Below are positions 25,521-38,700 of a stretch of DNA of 64,000 bases, one piece after another; within the stretch, counting starts at the first letter, position 1, and each line of letters starts with the position of its first letter. The position numbers and the translations under genes are program-made. The stretch lies in contig CAUYUJ010000114.1 of the NCBI GenBank assembly GCA_963575745.1, positions 1,116,001 through 1,180,000 on the forward strand. The letters are read 5' to 3'. The stretch is from Prorocentrum cordatum (Eukaryota). Under the pieces are notes generated by a model that saw nothing but the letters and a program-made list of their open reading frames with translations, did not search any database and had not been told where the DNA came from.

Positions 25521-26980
25521 GCCTGGAGGGGAAGCATTTATCAAGTGTGCGGGTCCAGGGGGGGAGGGGGGAGTGGTGGCAAGGCTCGACTTCTCAGTTC
25601 GTGTTCCTACTCTCGGGCCGTTCTTGGGGCCGTCTTGGGACCCTCTTGGGCAGTCTTAGGCGCCTCTTGGGCCGTCTTTGAGCCCTTTTGGGGTCTTCTT
25701 AAGCCGTCTCGGGGGGGTATTGGAAGCCTCTTGGGCAGTCTTGGAGCGTCGGAAGCTCGAAAAGGCGAGAACCCACAAAAAATTAAAAAGCTGCCTCTCG
25801 GAGCCTTCTGGGGGGCCTCTTTTGGTCCCTTGGGGGCTCCTGAGCTCCTGAGCCTTCTTGGAGCGGAAGGCTCGAATTTTTAGTTCGTGTTCACCCTCTT
25901 GGGGCCGTGTCGGGGCCCTCTGTACTCTTGGGTGCCTCTAGGGCCGTCTTGGAACCATCTTGAGCAGTCTTTGGGCCCTCTTGGGGGCCTCTGGGGCCGT
26001 CTTGGGGCAGCCCTGGTGGCCTCTTGGGTCGTCTTGGAGCGTGGGAAGCTTGAAAAGGCGAGAACCTGGAAAACACTGAAAGACCTTAGGAATATCAATG
26101 ATGTGTGCTTCTCGGGGCCATCCTGGGAAGGCTCCTGGGGCTCTCTTGGGACGCCTCGACGGCCTCGTGGACTGTCATGTAGCCATCGTGGGCTGTCTTG
26201 AGGCCAAGTTGTCGCGTCTTGGAGTGGCAATGGGCAGTCTTGGAGGCACCCGGGCCTCCGGAGCATGGGTCTGTCGCATTTTGCCAGGGGCACTCCAGCT
26301 CACCTCAACTCGTCGGCATCATTGTTTGCCCGATAACTGTCCTCGCGTCGTTACGCCAGTCAGTTTTGCCGACCAGTTGCTGGTGGTTTCGTGGAATCTG
26401 TACTGGACCATTAAAAAGTGCCGCAATAAAAAAAGCTCACCTTAACGTGCCTGGGGGCACGGTGGCGGATGTATATATCGTCTTGGTGTCGCTCGGACGT
26501 GTGCACTTTTTCTCGGCGGGGATTCTTAAGGAGCATCCTGGATCATCCTAGGAAAAAACCACGCGCGAAGCCGAGAGAAGCACAGGGAATGGACGTCCGA
26601 GCGATGGTCAGTCGTTGTTACGTCTTCTAGTATCGAGCCAGTCTTCGGCTTCATTGCGGGGGATGCAGAAGCCTAGTCAGGCCGAGCTGGCCCGCATGGT
26701 TCCCTGTCTTTGTTTGTCCAGCACAGATTTTTGTCCGTGTGGACGCTGAGCGTCCGCAGACGCGCCGCCAGGTCCGCGGACGGCTTGGCTTTCGGAAAAG
26801 ACGTTCCAGCCATACCTCATGGATCACAGGTACACAGCGTTCATGTCTAATGATTCGAAAGTTCTTTGATTTTGGGGGTGCCAAGATCCCTTCATTTCTA
26901 ATTGTTCCATCCTGGGCCTCTTCCTGGCCACCAGGGGGCCAGGAACAATTAGAAACGAGCACATGTAGAAATGAGCACGA

Positions 26981-27170
26981 TTAGAGATGAACGACGTGTA
27001 GGTTATCCTGTGAGGTGGCCTTGGAGAGCATGACGTGCAGGTGCAACCAGACTCCGTGCATGTCGTCGGTGTACTTGCAGCCGGCGCCGACGACAGTCTC
27101 GTGGCGGCCGGGCACAGTTGACAACATTGGCGACAGCTGCGGAGCTGGATGGGTGTGCGGAGGACGTCGC
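26981..27170 (-). CDS. Possible terminal exon of an unidentified protein
   Basis: ..LSTVPGRHETVVGAGCKYTDDMHGVWLHLHVMLSK..stop with strong GC3 bias; no family recognised. Confidence 0.25.
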
Positions 27171-30100
27171 TCCTGCGGACCCCCGGGAGCGTCCATGAGT
27201 AACGTTAAGTCGGGCCTGTCCCTCTGCAGGAGGAGTATGCAAGAATAGTCCAAAAATAGTATGGGCACGATCTCTTGCATATTTTTTGCTAGCTTTGAGT
27301 ATCTTTGACTATTTTTAGATTTTTCCTCGAAGATCAATTTTTACAAATTTTGAATGTTGTATGACCATTCTTGTATCTTGTTTGACTATGTTAAAATTTG
27401 TCCTCGAAGATCCCCCTGTAGGGGGACAGGCCCGATTTAAGAGTAGCGGCGCTCTCGCGTTCGGCAGCGGCCCAGCGGGCCGAGGCCCCGGTCGGGTCCC
27501 CATAGGCCCGCGCCCCGGGGGACTTTTCGGGCAGGTTGCGGGTTCTCGGCGACAGTGGCGCAGGGAGCACCACCTCCTCCTCCTCCTCCTCCTCCTCCTC
27601 CTTCTCCTTCTCCTCCTCCTCATCCCCCTCCTCCTCCTCTTCCTCCTCCTCCTTCTCCTCCTTCTTCTTCTCCTCCTCCTCGGATTCTCGGCGACGGTGG
27701 CGGATTCTCGGCGACAGTGGCGCAGTGGGAAGCTCACGAAGTGGCGACGGTTGCGTTGCTGGCAGCCCGGGTGCATGCTGAGGGTGAGGATTCGAAGAGC
27801 ACAGGAGGAGGAGGCCGAGAGGAAGCAGGGGGAGGGAAGATCGAGGCAGCAGCGCTCTGCTCAGCGCGAGGACCCAACACAGAAGGGATGCGACACGAAT
27901 GGAAGCCACGGCCTCGCGCACCCTCGGGGGGGAAACAGAACAGTCATTCAACACACACTGCCGGAAATATGATTCAACCATCGACGCGGCGGCGCCGAGG
28001 ACCCTTCGTACAGCAGGGGGTACATGGACGCCCTGGCCGCCATGGGCCGCGCGCCGCTGGCGGCGCTGCCGCCGCCCAGCCCCGTGCCGTCCACCTCGGC
28101 GACGCTGCCGCACCCGCCCACGCCGGGGCCAGCGCCGCCGGGGCCCGCTCCGCGCCGCCCCGCGCCCACCGCCGCCGCCGCCCGCCCGCCGCCGCCGAGG
28201 GACCACAGGCAGGCCCAGGATGAGGACGGACCCTTCCAGAGCGTCACGCCCGATGCAGCCGCCAAGCTCGCTGGTTCTCGGGTGTTCCCGTCTCGTCTTC
28301 CTCCGAGCGCGTCCTCACCCGACATATTCGTCGCAGGGGTCCACGCGGACGAGAACGCAGGACGGGCGCCAGCACGAGCAGGAACTCCTCTGCAGGCACA
28401 GCCTGGGGCGCTTGAGCTCCTCGTCGAACTTTCTGTTGGCGCGTGCGATGCTGCGATGCTGGCGGGTATGCGCTCGGAGCCAAATAATTTCGTATGAAAC
28501 TCAGGGTGTCCTCACTCGGTAAAGCGAGAGCGCGCGGGCGCGAGCCCCTCAGCCCGCAGCCAGCCACGACCGGCGATTCGTCGGAGAAGCACCAAGAAAG
28601 CCTCTGGCCAGGGCCACCTCGGGCAGCCCCCGGACGCTCCCCCCGCGCCCCCCGCCTTTGCGTCTCGCAGAAAGAGAATCAGGAGCGAAAGAAGGACGTA
28701 CATGTACATGAATCCACGCTGGTTTCGAGAGTTCGCATTGCGCGAATGTTCGTATCGCGCGGCAGGTCTCGCGGGTCAAGGGGCCGTGTTCATGTACATA
28801 GCTGGGCGCGTACGTCCTTTGTGGGCTCCCTGGCCGGGCTGATCTCGGTGTCCGGGCCGAATATGCGGCTCGGCCGAGGTCGGCCTGTGGCCGAGGCCAG
28901 CCGGCCGAGACCAGCTGGCCGAGTTCAGCCTGACCGAGTTCGGCCTGGCCGAGTCTCTCGCCCATTTACGGAACGGCAAGGTTTCTATAGGTTCCAGGTT
29001 TCTGGAGCCCGGCACGTGCAAGAGCGGCGTGCCGAGGAAACGGCCACATTAGGACATATACGGCTCTTGGGGGTAGGATTCAACATCGGCGCCGGTAGAT
29101 CAGTGGTCGGAAACGGGCCTCATTGGGCACGCTCCCGCTTTCCGCCTCAGCCTGTCGAGTCCAGCTTAATCCGGGGCTCGCATGCAGCTCAATCTGGCGG
29201 CTAGGTGGCTCCTCTTCCCAATCCGGCTCGAGAGGTTGTCATCGTTATTGCGACGACCTCCCAGGATTCGTTACCCGAAACTCACCACCCACCAAACCAC
29301 CCCAACCCGACCCGAAGGCCTCAATTTGCCCTCCATTTCCAGTTGGGGGGGGTCGTGGAACACTGACAAAAAACATATGGAACCCGTACCCCTCCAACCC
29401 GAAATTGGGGTCTTCGGGTTGGGTTGGGGTGGTCTGGTAGGTAGTCAGAAACAGCAGGAGCCCTCGGCCCCGTCTTCTAAGGCCGCGCGTCTCGGGCCAG
29501 ACCAGATCCCTGAGGCCCCTGGGGCCCGAGGCCGGGCGAAACAACGTGCGGAGCGAGAGAGTGCACCGCCCAGCTCCTCGGGACGTCCCGAGACTGGCGC
29601 CGCGCATTATCGCAGCACGTCGGAAAATCGCACCCGCGCGCGCTTGGCAGCACCCGCACGATCCGAGGAGACACGGAGACCATCGCCACGGGGGGGACCC
29701 GCCCCCAGCCGGCGGCACGCCTGAGCGTCGTCCGGCGCCTGGTGACTCGTGCGTGCCACCCACCGCCAAAGCAGGGCCGCCTATAAAACAGGGCTAGGAT
29801 CGGGATAAATCGCTCCAGAGCGCTCTCAGAGCGTTCCGGAACGCTCTGGAGCGGCCGCGGCGCCCAATGCATCCTCCCAACCCGCCGATTCTCGGAGATT
29901 TCGAGTTATCCCGATCCGATTTTGTCCCGATCTTCGTGTCGTGTTAGCCTACGATCCGAGCAGGACCGCCTAAGCGATCCGCTTCGGTGCAATTTGATTC
30001 GACCTGGTCCAGTTCACCATCAGCGGCCGGGCCAGCCGGAGCCACGCGCGGCGCCCCGCTTCTCGGTGCGGCTGGGGACGAGTCGCTGGCGATCCGATCC

Positions 30101-30300
30101 GTTTCCGATCCGATCTGAGTTCGCGATTCGGTTCAGCGTGGGCCTGCCAGTGGTGGGCTGAAGTCGGGCCTGTCCCCCTACAGGGGGATCTTCGAGGAAA
30201 AATCGAAAATAGACAAAACATATGCAAGAATGGTAATAATACGAATAATAAGAATAAGAAGAATAATAGTAATAGTAGTACAATTAATAATACTACTACG

Positions 30301-30368
<68 letters not shown>

Positions 30369-30396
30369 GACTACTACGACTACTACGACTACTACG

Positions 30397-30437
<41 letters not shown>

Positions 30438-30829
30438 GAATGATAATAATAGTAATACCAGTAATAATAATAACAATAATAACCTCATGAAGCGATGAAG
30501 GATCCCCCCGGGGTTATCATTAGCACCGCCCCGTAATCAAATAATTATTCTGGGGGGTTTTCGCCGAACGATATAATTAGCACCGCGCACTTGAAAGGAA
30601 AGTAAATAATTCCTGCGTCCCGCCTCGGATGGCATCCCAATTGGAATTGTAATCAGAATAAGAATGCGAATGAAAATACGAATAAGAACAATAATAAGAA
30701 TAAGGCGAGTGTCACAGGTACTGCAGACACCGTAACTGTTACTGCTACCGTGATGACGATGAAACCTGATGGCGTGATGCTACTGTTACTGCTACCGTGA
30801 TGCTACTGTTACCGTGATGCTAGGCGATT

Positions 30830-33800
30830 TGTGAGGGTGCTCAGGCGATTTGGACAATTCTGTTAAGCAATGTGAGGATGTCTCAAGCGATTTGGCTAAT
30901 TCTAAGAAGAAATGTGAGGATGTATCAGGCGATTTGTGCCATTTTACTAAGATGTGTGAGGATGTTTCAAGCGATTTCTTCTTCTTCCTTCTCTACTCTT
31001 TGTTCTGATCCGCTTGTTTTTTCCGATGAGGTTTCTATTGAAAATCCTTTAGAGAAATACGTTTTTTTCGGCCGTCGTAGGGGGTGGTCCACCCGAGGGT
31101 ATCGCCCCCACCCCGCACCGTGGCGCTATCTTAGCACCCGGCCCAAAAAAAATCCGTATGACAGCCAGATCGTGCTCGTCGTCGCCGAAGATACGAAGAT
31201 ACGAACGAAGATAAGAAGAATAAGAAGCAGAAAAGAACGAATAACACAACTAATGAGAAGCAGAATACGACTGATTGTAAGAATACGGATAATAAACATC
31301 GTTTTCCTCATGATCCTCATGGAATCGAGGTACTCCGAACAAAGCAGCGACCCTCGCAGACTACGAATGAGGATACGACTAAAACGAACGAAGATACGAA
31401 CGAAGACTAAGAAGAAATGTGAGGATGTCTCAGGGGATTTGGCCAATTCGATTAAGACATGTGAGGATGTCTCCAGCGATTTGGCCAACTCTGATAAGAA
31501 ATGTGAGGGTGCTCAGGCGATTTGGACAATTCTGTTAAGCAGTGTGAGGATGTCTCAAACGATTTGGCTAATTCTAGACGCTTCGCGTATCCCCACCAGC
31601 CCGTCCAGAAACGACGCCCAGGCGAGTAGAGGGTCGTCCTGAGGGGCTTTCCGGTGTCTTGGGTGCCTCGGGGGGGCCTCTTTGGGCCGTTTGGGATCCT
31701 CTTGGGGGCCTCCTGGGGGCCTCTTGGGGCCATCTTGGGGCCATCTTGGGGCCTCTTGGTGCCTCCTGGGCGCTTCTTGGGGCCATCTTGGAGGAAATCG
31801 ATCAAAGAAGAGGGGAGCTTCAATTAGCGCTGCCCCCTCAGAAGGCCAAAATGGGGCCAAAACCTTAGTAAAATCAATGATTCTGGCTTCAAAGAAGAGG
31901 GGAGCTTTAATTAGCGCTGCCCCCTCAGAAGGCCAAAATGGGGCCAACACCTTAGTAACATCAATGATTTTGGCTTCAAAGAAGAGAGGAGCTGTAATTA
32001 GCCCTGCCCCCTCAGAAGGCCAAAATGGGGCCAAAACCATAGTAAAATCAATGATTTTGGCTTCCTCGCCGAGGCCGTTTTGGACGCTCTGACCGCTCCC
32101 CGCCCCTCCTGCCCAGGTCAGTGGGGAGGGGGTAGGGGGAGGGGTAAACCCTTCCCCGAAGGGGAAGAGGGAGGGGTGGAAGAGGAAACGCTCTAAACCA
32201 CCGACGCCCAGAGGGCTGGTGGGATTCTAAGAAGAAATGCGAGGATGTCTCAGGCGATTTGTGCCATTTTACTAAGATGTGTGAGGATGTTTCAAGCGAT
32301 TTCCTCCTCTTCCTTCTCTACTCTTTGTTCTGATCCGCTTGTTTTTCCGATGAGGTTTCTATTGAACATTTTTTAGAGAAATGCGTTGTTTTCGGCCGTC
32401 GTAGGGGGTGGTCCACCCGAGGGTATCGCCCCCACCCCGCACCGTGGCGTTATCTTAGCACCCGGCCAAAAAATATCCGTGCGACAGCCAGGTCGTGCTC
32501 GTCGTCGCCGTAATCGTCGGAAGACACCAATGGTAGATAGTTACTCCTGACAACCATGACATGGCTGAGAGGCCCGAGGAACAAATGATGTTTCAGGCGA
32601 TTTGGCAAATGTTACTAAGAAATGCGAGGATGTCTCAGGCGAGTTTGCCAATTCTACTAACAAATGCGAGGATGTCTTAGGCGACGTGGCCAATTCTACA
32701 AAACATATGAGGCGCCACTGCTTCTTTCTGAGTACCTGGACTCCTGCCAGTACCTGGACTACTGCCTCCGAAGGCCTCTGAGAATAAGAGCTCCCTGGGC
32801 CCTGAGAGGCCCTGGACCCCGATGGGGGAGGAGGTCAGGCGGATCGGCAGAAGGCCTCTGAGAATAAGAGCTCCCTGGGCCCTGAGAGGCCCTGGCCACT
32901 GAGGGAAGGCGAGGGGCCATTGGCTGAAGGCATCTCCAGGGCCCTGCTATGAGAACCCCTTGCGATACGTCTTGGACCGTCTTGGATTATTCTGGAACCT
33001 CTCGGCCATCTTGGATTCTTGGATTATTCTGAGTCTCCCAGGGCCGCGCAGGAATCGTGAGGCTCCCTTAGTAGAAGTAAGAGTTGGAGTAGGAGTAGGA
33101 GGAGAGGGAGGAGGAGTTGGAGTAGGAGTAGGAGTATAGGAGTAGGAGTAGGAGTAGGAGTAGGAATACGAATAGGAGTACGAGTACGAGTACACGAGTA
33201 GGCCAATTGTCTTAAGAATTGCGAGGATGTCTCAGGCGATTTGGCAAATTCTTATAAAACTGCGAGGATGTCTCAGGCGATGTGGCCAATGCTATTATGA
33301 CATGTGAGGATGTCTGAAGCGAGTTGGCCAATTCTATTAAGAAATGTGAGGATGTCTCAGGCGATTTGGCTAGTTATTTCTATTAAGAAATGTAAGGATG
33401 TCTCAGGCGATGTGGCCAATTCTACAAAGAAATGTGAGGATGGCTCAGACGAGTTGGCCAATTCTATTTAGAAATATGAGGATGTCTCATGCCAGTTGGC
33501 TAATTCGGCTAAGACATGTGAGGATGTCCCAGGCGATTTGGCAAAATCTACACAGAAATATGAGAATGCCTGATGTTAGCTTGCCAACGTTATTAAGAAA
33601 TGTAAGGATGCCTCAGGCGAGTTGGCCAAGTCTGTTAAGACATGTGAGGATGTCTCAGGCGATTTGGCAAATGCTGATAAGAATTGCGAGGATGTCTCAG
33701 GCGATGTGGCCAATTCTAATTAAAAAATGTAAGGATGTCTCTGGCGAATTGGCCAAGTCTGTTAAGACATGTGAGGATGTCTCAGGCGATTTGGCAAATG

Positions 33801-34700
33801 CTGATAAGAATTGCGAGGATGTCTCAGGCTATTTGGCAAGTTCTAATTGGAAATGTGAGGACGTCTCTAGCGATTTGGCCAATCCTATCTGAAAACTGAA
33901 CGCTTGAGCTCTGAAAGGGCGGCAGGCACAGGCATGAACTTTCCTGAGCACTGAAAGGTTGCCCTAATATTGCCAGGATTGTGAAAAGGCGAGCTGGGGG
34001 GGAAGGAGGGAGAGGGGGAAGGAGGAGGAGAAGGATTAAGCAATGTGAGGATGTCTCAAGCGATGTGGCAAATTCTGCTAAGAAATGTGAGGATGTCTCA
34101 GGCGATTTAATTTTTTCTACTAAGAAATGTAAGGATGTCTCAGGCGATTTGGCCAATTCTAATAAGAAATGGGAGGATGCCTCAAGCGATTTTGACAATT
34201 CTATTTAGAAATATGAGGATGTCTCAGGGAATTTAGCCAATTCTTTTTTTAAGAAATGTGAGGATGTCTGAGGCGATTTAGCAATTTCTATTAAGACATG
34301 TGCGGACGTCTCAGGCGATTTGGCCAATTCTATAAAGAAATGTGAGGGCGTCGCAAGCAATTTGGCAAGTTCTATTTGGAAATGCGACGACGTCTCAAGC
34401 GATTTGGCCACTCCTATTAAGAAATGCGTTGATGTCTCAGGCGATTTTGGCAATTGCATTAAGATATGTGAGGATTTCTCAAGCGATTTGGCCAACTTTC
34501 GTAAGACATGTGAGGATGTCTCAAGCTATTTGGCCAATTCTCGTACGAAATGCGAGGATGTCTCAGGCGATTTGGCAAATTCTGCTAAGAAATATGAGGA
34601 TGTCTTAGGCGATTTGGCCAAGTCTATTAAGACATGTGAGGATGTCTCAGGCGATTTGGCCAATTTTATTAAGAAATGCGAGGATGTCTCAGGCGATGTG
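30830..34700. repeat. Interrupted ~42-bp minisatellite TGTGAGGATGTCTCAGGCGATTTGGCCAATTCTATTAAGAAA
   Basis: Dozens of contiguous diverged units, densest at 33200-33890 and 34040-34700. Confidence 0.92.
31573..32225. mobile_element. Helentron/DINE-1-like non-autonomous element; a 4.6-kb copy with the same ends spans 4662-9275
   Basis: Left end tctagacgcttcgcgt (mini-hairpin) plus atccccaccagccc; right end gggctggtgggat (inverted partner). No TSD; inserted in T/T. The empty site is visible in the paralogous segment at 30892-30910. Confidence 0.7.
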
Positions 34701-35531
34701 CTTCCTCCTCCTCCTCCTCCTCCTAGCCGCAGGTGTCGGAGTAACGCTTCCAGGTGCGGGGGGATATCGTTTCGCCGGAGGGGAGGGGACGGGGGGGGGG
34801 GTTCTTGATTGCTTCCTCGGGCTAATCAGAAGCATAATACCAATAATAGTTATAGTTATAATAATAATAATAATAATATTAATAATAATGATAATAATAA
34901 AGTTTGAAATCATTATCTTAATCATACTAATAATGAGAATAATAATATCGATGTTAATAATAAAAAGCAAAAATCGTCCACAAACCATTTGTTTACTATT
35001 CCCCTGTAGAGGGACAGGCCCGACTTAATGGTGGGCCCCTCCCGCTGGGTTCTCGGTGGCGTTGGTCTCCGTTTCCCTCCCAGAAGGCCCGAGAGCGCGC
35101 CACGCCGCCCCCGCGCATGGCCCCCCGCCGGGCCCCCCCAGGAGCGCAGCTCCTTGCGCAGGCCCAGGGTGACTTGGAGCGACGAGCTCGCCGCTCTTCT
35201 CCGGCCGCCTCCTCGCCGAAGCCTCCGCCTCCTCCGTGTCCTCGTCCTCCAGCGCCGCCTCCTCCCCATCGTCCTGCCCCGGTATCTCTGGCGCGGCGGA
35301 AAGGCGCAACATCACCGAAGAGCACGAGACGCAGGCTCCAGACCCCATTGTTCGGCGGAATTTCTTCGAGCTGGATCGACGTGTAACGGTCGCGAGGCCC
35401 GAAACCAGGCGAAAGCGCCCAGCGTGACAAAATTGCAGCGCCCGGATCTCGGTGTCATCCAGGGCGCGAGCAAAACGGCGGGGGATGGCCCCGTGTTCGA
35501 TATATATATATATATATATATGGTCCCGTGT

Positions 35532-35575
<44 letters not shown>

Positions 35576-35783
35576 CATATATGTGTATATATACATATAC
35601 ATATATATACATATAGATACACACAAAAACATACTGGTGTTCCAAACAGGTGGTGTACCAAACAAGTGCGACGTCTTGCTCGCGCCCTGGGGGCACCCTC
35701 CTCGCCTCCTTGACCGCCCCCGCTTCCCCCCTCCGAGGGCGCGGCCGCGGCCCCGTGCGCGGCCGCGCCCGCGGGCCGATGCC

Positions 35784-38700
35784 ATGGGCAACTGCCGCTC
35801 CGGCGCCCCGGCGGACCCGCGGCGGCAGGGCGGCCGCAGGACGCCGAGCGCCGCGGGCGGGGCCGTGAGCCTGCAGGAGTTTCTCCCTCTGGGCCTCTTA
35901 AGTCGGGCCTGGCCTCTTAAGTCTGCACGCTACCGCGCACGTCCACGGGCTGCCCGCAGCCTACGACTCCGACCGACCGACCGACCGACCGTCCCTCTGT
36001 AGGCGGACTGCTCATGAATGTGTAGCCCAAAAATAGTCGGGGGACGCTTTTTTAAGCGCTTCTTAACCATTTTGGGGTATTTTGTGTTTTTTGTTTTTGA
36101 GCCCAAAATCATCCCGGCAAAGCAACCTAACAGCGATGTGTAGGAGCATATCTGGAAGCATTCCCCTTAAGATTCAGATGAGAACCCAGTTGTAGAATTC
36201 TGCTGTTCTCGCAGTCGTAGTCGCATTCGCGATGACAGTCGCAGCGGCAACGGCAGTCGCAGTCACAGCCTCAGCCTCAGCCTGCCTCAGCCTCAGCCTC
36301 AGCCTGCCTCAGCCTCAGCCTGCCTCAGCCTCAGCCTCAGCCTGCTTCAGCCTCAGCCTCAGTCTGCCTTCAGCCTCGGCCTCAGCCTCAGCCTGCCTCA
36401 GCCTCAGCCTGCATCAGCCTCAGCCTCAGCCTCAGCCTGCCTCAGCATCAGCCTGCCTCAGCCTCAGCCTCAGCCTCAGCCTCAGCCTCAGCCTGCTTCA
36501 GCCTCAGCCTCAGTCTGCCTTCAGCCTCGGCCTCAGCCTCAGCCTGCCTCAGCCTCAGCCTGCATCAGCCTCAGCCTCAGCCTGCCTCAGCATCAGCCTG
36601 CCTCAGCCTCAGCCTCAGCCTGCCTCAGCCTCAGCCTCCTCAGCCTCAGCCTCAGCCTCAGCCTCAGCCTCAGCCTGCCTCAGCCTCAGCCTCAGCCTCC
36701 TCAGCCTCAGCCTCAGCCTCAGCCTCAGCCTGCCTCAGCCTCAGCCTCAGCCTCAGCCTCAGCCTCAGCCTCAGCCTCAGCCTCAGCCTGCAGCCTCAGC
36801 CTCAGCCTCCTGCCTCAGCATCAGCCTCAGCCTCAGCCTCAGCCTGCCTCAGCCTCAGCCTCAGCCTGCTTCAGCCTCAGCTCAGCCTCAGCCTCAGCCT
36901 GCCTCAGCCTCAGCTCAGCCTCAGCCTCAGCCTCAGCCTCAGGCCTCAGCCTCAGCCTCAGCCTCAGCCTCAGCCTCAGCCTCAGCCTGCCTCAGCATCA
37001 GCCTGCCTCAGCCTCAGCCTCAGCCTGCCTCAGCCTCAGCCTCAGCCTGCTTCAGCCTCAGCCTCAGTCTGCCTTCAGCCTCGGCCTCAGCCTCAGCCTG
37101 CCTCAGCCTCAGCCTGCATCAGCCTCAGCCTCAGCCTCAGCCTGCCTCAGCATCAGCCTGCCTCAGCCTCAGCCTCAGCCTGCCTCAGCCTCAGCCTCAG
37201 CCTGCTTCAGCCTCAGCCTCAGTCTGCCTTCAGCCTCGGCCTAGCCTCAGCCTGCCTCAGCCTCAGCCTGCATCAGCCTCAGCCTCAGCCTCAGCCTGCC
37301 TCCTCAGCCTCAGCCTCAGCCTGCTTCAGCCTCAGCCTCAGTCTGCCTCAGCCTCAGCCTCAGCCTCAGCCTGCCTCAGCCTGCCTCTCAGCCTCAGCCT
37401 GCCTCAGCATCAGCCTCAGCCTCAGCTCAGCCTGCCTCAGCCTCAGCCTCAGCCTGCTCCTGCATCAGCCTCAGTCTGCCTTGCAGCCTCGGCCTCAGCC
37501 TCAGCCTGCCTCAGCCTGAGCCTGCCTCAGCCTCAGCCTCAGCCTCAGCCTCAGCCTCAGCCTCAGCCTGCCTCAGCATCAGCCTGCCTCAGCCTCAGCC
37601 TCAGCCTGCCTCAGCCTCAGCCTCAGCCTGCTTCAGCCTCAGCCTCAGAATGCCTTCAGCCTCAGCCTCAGCCTCCGCCTGCCTCAGCCTCAACATGGGA
37701 TCAGCGTACCCACGACTGGGCCACCATCAAGCGCTGGGTCCAGCACCTGCGCTCGGAGCGGTCTCGACTTGATCGCTATGCCCTGCGGCTCCAGGCGATG
37801 GAGGACTTGGGCATGGCGCAGGTTCCCCACTACCAGAAGGTGGCGCAGGCCAGGCTGCAGGTGGAGCAGTTCTGCCGTCAGATCCTTAAGCATGACACGA
37901 TCATTGATCGACTTGACCCCAGCCAGCTGGCCTTCTTCCGCGAGGGCGTGGATGGCTTTGGCTCCGACCACTTCGATGACATGGCGGACGCTATTGAAGG
38001 ACATGCCCAGGTCATCCTGTTGCAGGCCCAGTCCCAGGTCCGCTGCGTCTGGCTCCAGTGGGCACGCGACGCCTTTCTTGGAGGAGCGAGCATGGCACAC
38101 GCTACCTCCAAGGTACGGGCTGCCCAGGTGGTCTTAGAGCATCGTGCTGACGTTCAGCCACATGCGCTTGCCAACCAGGTCCTCGACGGCTGGATTGACA
38201 TCTGGGAGCGACATGGGTCGAAGGAGCTTCAAAAGCCCCACGACGCGGGTACTTGGGATAGTCTGCGGGTTGCCGCGATTGGTCCAATCATACGGCCCAG
38301 AGCCTTGGTGGACGATGTCGGCCTTCGGATGGTCAGCTCCGATCCAATGGACTTGCTCACCCTGGGCAGCGCTGCCTCCTCGTTTGCCGCTTGGGCGTTG
38401 GAACGTGGCCTCATTCTGAACACCAAGAAGTCGGCGGTGGCCGTGGGATCGGTTCGGACCCGACTCGAGCTGGACCGCCTCCTGCGGCGCAAGAGTGGGG
38501 GCGTATTGTGGGCACGATCCACGGACGCAGTCAGGAGTTTCCCTCGTGCCAGCCATATGCGCAACTTAGGGCATGAGCTGCATGGGCCCAAGGTTCGTCG
38601 TACTGTGGCCAAGGCGCGCATGGCCAAGCTACGTGGACGACGTCACCGTTTCCGTGTCCTACAACGCGCGGTGGGTAGGCGCACTACTACTCTGTGGCGC

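Larger units (their letters stand above)
30159..35028. mobile_element. Expanded (4.9 kb) copy of the TTAAGTCGGG MITE carrying nested satellites and elements
   Basis: Left TIR at 30159, right TIR ending 35028; perfect 8-bp TSD TGGTGGGC at 30151-58 and 35029-36. Confidence 0.88.

Noticed and set aside
33200..34700. 42-bp periodic repeat resembling a CRISPR array or a KKCEDVSGDLANS repeat protein
   Set aside because: Units are contiguous with no unique spacers, no cas genes are present, and frames are broken by stops and indels; it is a minisatellite.
36232..37692. N-terminal half of the 862-aa ORF ([18 protein letters not shown])
   Set aside because: Translation of the stop-free (CTCAGC)n satellite, fused by chance to the retroelement frame.
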